This document shows, piece by piece, positions 18,101 to 24,077 of a DNA stretch of 24,077 bases; within the stretch, counting starts at the first letter, position 1, and each line of letters opens with the position of its first letter. The position numbers and the translations under genes are program-made. The notes beneath the pieces were generated by a model, which made no database searches, was not told the DNA's origin, and saw only the letters and a program-made list of their open reading frames with translations. The DNA is from Thermoplasmata archaeon (GTDB lineage: Archaea > Thermoplasmatota > Thermoplasmata > GCA-020350865), in assembly GCA_020348445.1 (NCBI GenBank), contig CP070751.1, positions 3,976,485 through 4,000,561 of the forward strand, written 5' to 3'.

Positions 18101-21100
18101 ATGTGACTGATATGGGGAATCAACCAATAGAGGGCATGACAGTCTGGATATACAACATCACCCAAAAGTACCTGAACGAGACCACGACCAACGCCTCGGG
18201 ATATTACGAGCTTGGAGGATGGAGTGGTGATTGGATTATCGTGGTAAATGATGACGAGGGTGATAACCTATACCAGGGAGATTTAACTGAAATTACACTT
18301 TCAACAGGTATGACCTCCCATGATTTCCTGAATCTTCCGTATACAATGCTGGACGAAATCGAAATGCAGCTGATTTTCTCGGACTGGAACAACACCAGAT
18401 TGGATTGGCTGCTTTATGCCATGGGAGATAATCGGACCATAAGATTTGAGATGGACGTGCTTCAGTTTGGTGATGGGGATGGTTTCGTATCAGAAGAGGA
18501 AGCGGAGATGGTTATGGGTATGATAGGCACCCTGAACCTCCCTTCCAACAGTAATGATTCCTTCCTTGTGGATGACATCTGGTATGATCTAAATCAATCT
18601 TCCATGACCAGGGATGTCGGCCTAACTGGATCGATAACATCAAAAGACCCGGTCTATATTCACCTGACAGCAGATTACATTGCCAATTCCACTATTCCTG
18701 ATCCAAGCCCACATAATCTCACCCTGAACTGCACCTACGATGATACTGATTCAGGTAGCTTCATAGGTAACAATGTGACAAATGTTTATTATATTGATCC
18801 CCCGATGGATTGGGGAAGGACAGGAAACGGAACAATCCAGAATATTACCATTTCTGGTTCAGATTACATTATTGTTGATCCTTTAGAAGATCCAGATCCA
18901 GGTGATGGGAACATCTCGGAGTGGGTGAATATAACCATATCCCTTGGTATTTCCCCAACCACCGGATCCATAAAGGGTAACGTCACTTTGCAGGGTACCG
19001 GTGATCATAGTGGTGTTGTGGTCACTGTTTATGATAATGTCACCAAGATAGAGGTTGCCAACGCTCCAACCGATCCTAATGGTTATTATGAGATTTCAGG
19101 AATAGCACCAGGAAATTATTCAATCGTGGCCCACAAGGCAGGATACGGCGACAATACCTCACAAAATAATTCCTTGATAGAAGGTGAGACTCTCTGGTTG
19201 GATTTTACACTCTTTTCCTATCCGCCCAAAATCCTTCATTCCCCCACAACAAGTGCTGTTATAGGAGATACAATAAACATCATAGCGGATGTGACAGACG
19301 ACGGTGAAGTTGACGAGGTTATCATCTATTACAAGGACGTGGGTTCTGGCTCGTATTCCTCCGCCGCCATGATCCAGATTCCATCAACACCAACATATAT
19401 GGGAACTATCCCGGCCCAGTCCCAATTAGGTTATGTGGATTATTATATATGGGCAAATGATACAAAAGGTAATTTCGCAACCCATCCTAAAACCGGCAAC
19501 CATTCAATATTCATCTATGAGGCAAATCCTCCCGAAATATCCAATTTAATTGTATCACCAGACCCAGCAGAGTATCCAGATTTTGTTAACATCAGTGTAA
19601 ATGTGACAGATGATACGCTCCTTGTAGATGTATCATTGTATTTGGAGATGCCGGATTTAAGCACTATAAACCTCACAATGTTGTATGATGCTAGCCAGGG
19701 CCGGTACTATATCAATGCCTCATATTCGATGCTCGGAACATATAATTTTACCATATGGGCAAACGACTCCTTCAACAACTGGAACTTTTCATCCGGCAGC
19801 TTCATTGTCCAGGACACGATTGCACCAACAAGCAGCGCGGATTGGATTTCCCAGTACTGGCAGACATCCTCACCCATAACTGTTGATGCCACAGCCAGCG
19901 ATTCCAGCGGAACAGGTGTGGATTATGTGGACCTCTGGTACCGTTATTCCATCGACAATTCAACATGGGGTTTGTGGACCCAATTCCAAACAGATTCCTC
20001 AAGTCCATACAATTACACATTCAATTTCCCAGATGGTGAAGGCTACTATGAGTTCTTCTCCATTGCCACAGATTATGCGGGAAATCCTGAGACAATGAAG
20101 TCCACCAATGAGACCCTGGTGGGCTATGATGCCTCTGCACCCACCTCTTATGTGGATACCATAACCACCTATTGGCACACAACTTCCCCTGTTGTAATCA
20201 ACGTCACTGCATCCGATACTGTAAGCGGTGTAGCATACGTAGAGCTATGGTACCGATACTCAATAGACAACTCATCATGGAGCTCTTGGACAATTTATGG
20301 CACCGATTCCTCAATACCTTATGACTGGATCTTCAACTTTCCTGATGGAGAGGGATACTACGAATACTTCTCAATTGCCAACGACACTCTGGGTAACTCC
20401 GAAGCCATGAAAGTCTCGTATGAAGCCTTATGCGGATACGATGCAACTGATCCCTCTTCAAATGTTGAGGTTATCGATTCTTATTGGCACACCACTTCGC
20501 CTGTCATAATAAATGCCACTGCTTCTGATACTGTAAGCGGTATAGAATACGTGGAGCTGTGGTACCGATATTCCATCGACAACTCCTCGTGGAGCTCCTG
20601 GACACTATTTAGCACCGATACATCAGAACCATATGGATGGACGTTCGACTTCCCAAGTGGCGAAGGTTATTATGAATTCTACTCAATTGCAATAGATTAT
20701 GCACAAAATCCCGAGCCTGCAAAGTCATCATCTGATACTCTTTGCGCTTACGATGTTTCCCCACCTGTTTCCAATGTAGATGCTATTGATAAATATTGGC
20801 ACATCACATCCCCATTGATCATCAATGTAACAGCATCTGACACTGTAAGCGGCATAACATACGTAGAGCTGTGGTACCGATACTCCATCGACAACTCATC
20901 ATGGGGCTCCTGGACAAATTACAACATAGATAACTCAGTACCCTATGGATGGGACTTCGACTTCCCAGACGGTGAAGGTTACTACGAATTCTTTTCAATT
21001 GCCAACGACACCATAGGGAACTCCGAAGCCATGAAAGTCTCCTACGAGGCCCTGTGCGGGTACGATGCAACTGATCCCACTTCAAATATGGAGGTTATTG

Positions 21101-23928
21101 ATCCTTATTGGCAGCCCACCTCAACCATTATAATAAATGTCAGTGCCTCTGATACTATAAGTGGAGTGGAAACGGTTTGGCTATATTACCGGTTCCTACC
21201 TGACAACTCATCGGGAACACCGTGGATTATGCACAGCTCTGATTCCTCCATACCATATCAATGGAACTTCAACTTACCAAATGGTGAGGGATTTTACCAA
21301 TTCTTGTCAACAGCCATAGATTATGCGCAAAATACCGAGGCAATTAAGCCTTCTTATGAAGCCCTTTGCGGTTATGATATTACCCCACCTTCATCCAATG
21401 TGGATTTAATAGACACATATTGGCAAATCACATCTCCATTGACCATCAACGTCACAGCATCCGATACCGTGAGCGGTATAGAACACATAGTTCTATGGTA
21501 CCGATACTCAATAGATAACTCATCGTGGAGCTCTTGGACAAATTATGGTGTAGATACGTCGGAACCCTATGGATGGAACTTCAACTTCCCTGACGGAGAG
21601 GGATACTACGAGTTCTTCTCCATTGCCAACGACAGTGCACAAAACCCCGAGACCATGAAATCCTCAAACGAAACCATATGTGCCTATGATATTACACCGT
21701 CTACCTCAAATGTAGATGGTATAGACACATATTGGCAAGTCACCTCTCCATTAACCATCAGTGCCACAGCCACAGATACTATGAGCGGCATAGAATACGT
21801 GGTGCTGTGGTACCGATATTCTATAGACAATTCATCATGGAGCTCTTGGGAAAATTATGGTGTAGAAACGTCAGAACCCTATGGATGGAACTTCAACTTC
21901 CCAGACGGCGAAGGATATTACGAATTCTTCTCAATTGCCAACGACAGTGCACAGAACAGCGAGACAATGAAAAATACAGCCGAGGCACTTTGCGCATTTG
22001 ATGCTGTAAAGCCCGCATCCTTTGTTAATAATATCTCCCCATATTGGCGGACCACTTCCTCGATTGTTTTGGATGCCACAGCCTCTGATGGCACAAGTGG
22101 TGTTGTCAGTGTTGCACTTTATTACAGGTACTCATCAGATGGCTCTTCATGGGGTTCGGATATGATATTTGGAACCGATACCTCTTTCCCATGGTCCTTT
22201 AGCTTCAATTACCCTTCAGGCGACGGTTACTATGAATTCTACAGCAGGGCAGCCGATTTATCAGGTCTTGTGGAGGATGAACCTGCATCTGCTGATACTG
22301 CATGCGCATTGGATACATCGGATCCTGCATTTCTCAGTGCTATTGAATTGCCAGCACCATGGGAATTTAGCAATACTTACAATCTCTCCATATCAATTTC
22401 AGATATATCGGGAATCAGTGATGCATGGATGGAGATAACAATAAACGACGCACCAGTGGAAAACGAATCAATGGATAACTTGGGCCAGGACTTCTGGAAT
22501 TCCTTTTCTGCAACAGAGGAAGGAACATTGAATATAACGGTATGGGTGGTGGACAACAACGGCCAGTGGAATTCTGTTTCCTTCTCCACCCAGGTCAAGG
22601 ATACGATACAGCCATCTATCACGAACTTCAATTTCTCACCCTCCGATCCCCAGGTGAAAAGCAGTGTGAGGGTGAGCGTTCAGGTAAGCGACGTCAGCGG
22701 CATTGCGGCCTGCACCATCGACATCAGAAGGCCAAACGGTGTTAGACTCCTTAACGAGTCCATGACCAGAGAAGGGAGTTCAGATGTTTACTCTTACCAG
22801 ACCGATTATAATGATTTGGGTGAACACCAGATCTTAATCTGGGCTGAGGACGGACATGGTCTTGGAACCCTGCTCAGTGATTCGATCACAACTGTGGATA
22901 CAGAACTACCCCATGCAGATGCAGGATCCTCGCAAGAGGTAGCTGTGAGGCAAGAAGTCAATCTGGATGCAAGTCTCAGCACGGACAACGATGATATAGC
23001 AAATTATACATGGTCGTTTTTAGACGATGGTCGGAAATACCTGTACGGAAAAAGCGTGCAATATACTTTCAATTCTGTGGGTGATTATGATATAACATTA
23101 ATTGTTACTGACTTTGCAGGCAACACAGATTCAGCAGTCATCTGGATAAATGTCTCTGCCATTTCGGGTACAGGCTCTGTGACTGGGACTGTCCGTGATA
23201 AGGATGGAAACCCGATTTCGGGAGCCACAGTGTATGTGGAGGATTACCCATCAATTGAGACCACCACTGATTCTCTTGGCAGGTTCACGTTGGATGGAGT
23301 TCCCACTGGCAACCAGACTATCATTGTGGAAAAGGATGGGTATAAGTGGAAGTCCCAGGACGTCACAATACAGCAGGATCAAACCACACCGGCGGGTAAC
23401 ATAGAACTGGCAAAATCAGTCTCAGAAGAGGAGGCACCCTGGTTGATATTCTCAGCAATCGCGGCAGCCATAGCAGTTTTAGCTGCCCTCCTTATATTCT
23501 TCTTGTTGAAGGTGAAGAAGTCCCCAGAGGGGGCTGTGATCGATGAAGTGTTCTTCATGTACGGTGACGGTAGATTAATCAAACATTTCACAAGAAGGTT
23601 GAAACCTGATATAGATGAGGACATCTTAAGCAGCATGCTGGTTGCGGTCCAGGACTTTATCAAGGACTCCTTCAAGGATCAGGAAGGAATATTGGACGAG
23701 ATGAAGTTCGGCAGGTTCCAGTTCTTACTAGGCAGGGGGAAACACATTATACTTGCCGTGATCGTTCTCGGCGACGAACTGGAGCAATTCAAACCGCAAG
23801 TCAAGAAATGCATAGAGGATATCGAAGAGAATTATGCCGATGCCTTGGAGGAATGGGACGGTGAGATGGCCAAGGTTAGGGGAGCCTCTAAGTACATCAT
23901 GGATTTAATAGATGGGAGATACACCTGA
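15127..23928 (+). CDS. 2933-aa giant type-I membrane surface protein: signal peptide, ~11 carboxypeptidase-regulatory-like domains, 2 DxDxDG-bearing Ig domains, orphan acidic domain, 8 tandem 104-aa Ig repeats, further Ig domains, PKD, TM helix, cytoplasmic longin-like domain
   Basis: ORF track; AGGTGA RBS 4 nt upstream; KKRR + hydrophobic signal ending ARA; repeated .G.V....G.PI.GA.V....T...G.Y....G.Y......GY units; PKD-type PHADAG...LDAS.STD...NYTW.F...G.YDITL.VTD; TM WLIFSAIAAAIAVLAALLIFFLL at 23440..23508 followed by KVKK. Confidence 0.95.
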   Translation: MTLASAEGCFLKKRRLSVLLLTGMIMMSYFFGLDMNARAQSENVYVDGYVFDIGFGTPIDNATVYLQNTRDGSTNFTKTNATGYYNVSIYAPPFGEVFVVTAFHEDYLMNSQYVWLEPGNPQYVELYLNRAMNKNSSVHGKILDAVTMTPLPFARVAALGDNYINTTSSDAAGYFWMALESDQRYYIQAEMDGYEDQMRSGYFDMGDNLTFNFYMEPLNCTLKGFVNNSKGALGSATVYAYRLDEVATTEYWPEVNASTGYFELNLTRGVWQVEVSEYLHYSQTLSVIMLNDQTTWQNFTLAKLPTENATVQGYVRYYHNGSGAPWANIYANNQNRTWSGYNSTNETGWYTMTVIPGEIIFNTWVNGYSGAETSITVEEGGTYYHNLTVFNWWSTGYLEGYVNYSGIGEPDVVIRVSYGNWRYDDRTDPSGYYNISVPGAPLEVQAYKNGFKPVMTQVNTTAGQTTVLNMDLEPIDWSCEVRGYINNTNGEPLEGAYASFDYSGFGWDSATGVTDYTGLYQMMVPAGYTTTFVFADSHEYKTGEVNLPKDEIYWFNETLEPVDQDARVICKFTNIYTGKPIKHTEITFSEQDLLWFTSAETDENGMVKADVPSGFVGVSINAWESGYKNPGMSRDPSTMQFLLSPSETRWLNISLFPRENRAMLHGYVNDTLANPIVGATVYLRYGDTIISNTTDSSGYYELEIPGDQWINAWVRASGYRISEYSDQIWEFDDRWNDWILEDSPASIEGPITDSAVDLDGDTKYDVLYVYVPVNVAQLGEYRLEGYLAESSDSRQGITSAGAQFGDTLGVQIITLAFVGEQIRNSKKDGYLVNIQLLSESTWELLDKTEHYTTSYFHDEFEIPDAKIEKPVEQWLVDTDLDGLYNYLIINATLNVSVAGDYSLLGPMRDIWGDEFEMAFETLSLETGIQEVQITFDGTSIYNNGETLGSVYMVLFEGTPEEGSEYIHSHFFYTPYAYDIFQFYSIDSFVSGYVTDMGNQPIEGMTVWIYNITQKYLNETTTNASGYYELGGWSGDWIIVVNDDEGDNLYQGDLTEITLSTGMTSHDFLNLPYTMLDEIEMQLIFSDWNNTRLDWLLYAMGDNRTIRFEMDVLQFGDGDGFVSEEEAEMVMGMIGTLNLPSNSNDSFLVDDIWYDLNQSSMTRDVGLTGSITSKDPVYIHLTADYIANSTIPDPSPHNLTLNCTYDDTDSGSFIGNNVTNVYYIDPPMDWGRTGNGTIQNITISGSDYIIVDPLEDPDPGDGNISEWVNITISLGISPTTGSIKGNVTLQGTGDHSGVVVTVYDNVTKIEVANAPTDPNGYYEISGIAPGNYSIVAHKAGYGDNTSQNNSLIEGETLWLDFTLFSYPPKILHSPTTSAVIGDTINIIADVTDDGEVDEVIIYYKDVGSGSYSSAAMIQIPSTPTYMGTIPAQSQLGYVDYYIWANDTKGNFATHPKTGNHSIFIYEANPPEISNLIVSPDPAEYPDFVNISVNVTDDTLLVDVSLYLEMPDLSTINLTMLYDASQGRYYINASYSMLGTYNFTIWANDSFNNWNFSSGSFIVQDTIAPTSSADWISQYWQTSSPITVDATASDSSGTGVDYVDLWYRYSIDNSTWGLWTQFQTDSSSPYNYTFNFPDGEGYYEFFSIATDYAGNPETMKSTNETLVGYDASAPTSYVDTITTYWHTTSPVVINVTASDTVSGVAYVELWYRYSIDNSSWSSWTIYGTDSSIPYDWIFNFPDGEGYYEYFSIANDTLGNSEAMKVSYEALCGYDATDPSSNVEVIDSYWHTTSPVIINATASDTVSGIEYVELWYRYSIDNSSWSSWTLFSTDTSEPYGWTFDFPSGEGYYEFYSIAIDYAQNPEPAKSSSDTLCAYDVSPPVSNVDAIDKYWHITSPLIINVTASDTVSGITYVELWYRYSIDNSSWGSWTNYNIDNSVPYGWDFDFPDGEGYYEFFSIANDTIGNSEAMKVSYEALCGYDATDPTSNMEVIDPYWQPTSTIIINVSASDTISGVETVWLYYRFLPDNSSGTPWIMHSSDSSIPYQWNFNLPNGEGFYQFLSTAIDYAQNTEAIKPSYEALCGYDITPPSSNVDLIDTYWQITSPLTINVTASDTVSGIEHIVLWYRYSIDNSSWSSWTNYGVDTSEPYGWNFNFPDGEGYYEFFSIANDSAQNPETMKSSNETICAYDITPSTSNVDGIDTYWQVTSPLTISATATDTMSGIEYVVLWYRYSIDNSSWSSWENYGVETSEPYGWNFNFPDGEGYYEFFSIANDSAQNSETMKNTAEALCAFDAVKPASFVNNISPYWRTTSSIVLDATASDGTSGVVSVALYYRYSSDGSSWGSDMIFGTDTSFPWSFSFNYPSGDGYYEFYSRAADLSGLVEDEPASADTACALDTSDPAFLSAIELPAPWEFSNTYNLSISISDISGISDAWMEITINDAPVENESMDNLGQDFWNSFSATEEGTLNITVWVVDNNGQWNSVSFSTQVKDTIQPSITNFNFSPSDPQVKSSVRVSVQVSDVSGIAACTIDIRRPNGVRLLNESMTREGSSDVYSYQTDYNDLGEHQILIWAEDGHGLGTLLSDSITTVDTELPHADAGSSQEVAVRQEVNLDASLSTDNDDIANYTWSFLDDGRKYLYGKSVQYTFNSVGDYDITLIVTDFAGNTDSAVIWINVSAISGTGSVTGTVRDKDGNPISGATVYVEDYPSIETTTDSLGRFTLDGVPTGNQTIIVEKDGYKWKSQDVTIQQDQTTPAGNIELAKSVSEEEAPWLIFSAIAAAIAVLAALLIFFLLKVKKSPEGAVIDEVFFMYGDGRLIKHFTRRLKPDIDEDILSSMLVAVQDFIKDSFKDQEGILDEMKFGRFQFLLGRGKHIILAVIVLGDELEQFKPQVKKCIEDIEENYADALEEWDGEMAKVRGASKYIMDLIDGRYT
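19813..22311 (+). repeat. Eight in-frame tandem repeats of 312 nt (104 aa; first unit 315 nt) encoding Ig-like domains
   Basis: Unit starts at 19813, 20128, 20440, 20752, 21064, 21376, 21688, 22000; consensus D...P.S.V..I..YW..TSP..I..TASD..SG...V.LWYRYSIDNSSW..W.....D.S.PY.W.F.FPDGEGYYEFFSIA.D...N.E..K...E.LC.Y. Confidence 0.97.
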
Positions 23929-24033
23929 ACTTTCTTCAACAGAACCGATAAGTGTGTCTAAGTATATTCCCAAAAGGATCAAAAATCATTATATTAAAAA
24001 TAATAAGAAGACAAATCGATAGGAGGCGGGCAC

Positions 24034-24077
24034 ATGGCAAAAAAGAGTGTAATTGTAACTGGTGCATCCCGGGGTAT
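24034..24077 (+). CDS. Short-chain dehydrogenase/reductase, 5' fragment
   Basis: AGGAGG RBS at 24021..24026; translation MAKKSVIVTGASRG, the start of the SDR TGxxxGxG motif; only 14 codons visible. Confidence 0.7.
   Translation, partial: MAKKSVIVTGASRG

Noticed and set aside
19813-22311. Possible diversity-generating retroelement template/variable repeat pair, or CRISPR array
   Set aside because: No reverse transcriptase in the window; differences between units (e.g. 6 versus 7) include many C/T changes rather than adenine-specific ones; units are in-frame 312-nt coding repeats with no repeat-spacer structure.
333-23675. The many 60-122-aa ORFs in the track that overlap long CDSs (e.g. 718..999, 981..1217, 2890..3189, 13749..14117, 14063..14374, 23379..23675)
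   Set aside because: They are antisense or off-frame shadows of well-supported genes, with no recognisable motifs or SD sites.

Overview
Archaeal genomic window, most likely from an uncultured Thermoplasmatota lineage (inferred from the GGAGG/AGGTGA ribosome-binding sites, TATA-like boxes, a DGGGPL reductase and the style of the surface proteins). About 80% of the window encodes secreted or membrane-anchored, N-glycosylation-sequon-rich multi-Ig-fold proteins. These are two tandem paralogous CARDB/Ig/FN3 proteins on the minus strand (the first is truncated by the window edge and absent from the ORF track), two single-pass proteins sharing a duplicated C-terminal anchor module (one with a NosD/CASH beta-helix), and a 2933-aa giant with about 11 carboxypeptidase-regulatory-like domains, eight 312-nt tandem Ig repeats, a PKD domain and one TM helix. 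Between them lie an orphan winged-helix protein and an isoprenoid-lipid cluster (IDI-like Nudix, a small 2[4Fe-4S] ferredoxin missed by the ORF track, canonical geranylgeranyl reductase, divergent GGR-family paralog). An SDR gene starts at the right edge. The most striking observation is the ~130-aa cytoplasmic tail of the giant protein. Its pattern matches a longin-like fold of the Asgard/eukaryotic type, giving a receptor-like architecture (giant ectodomain, TM, longin). All domain calls are by eye; no searches were run. No CRISPR, rRNA, tRNA or mobile element was seen.
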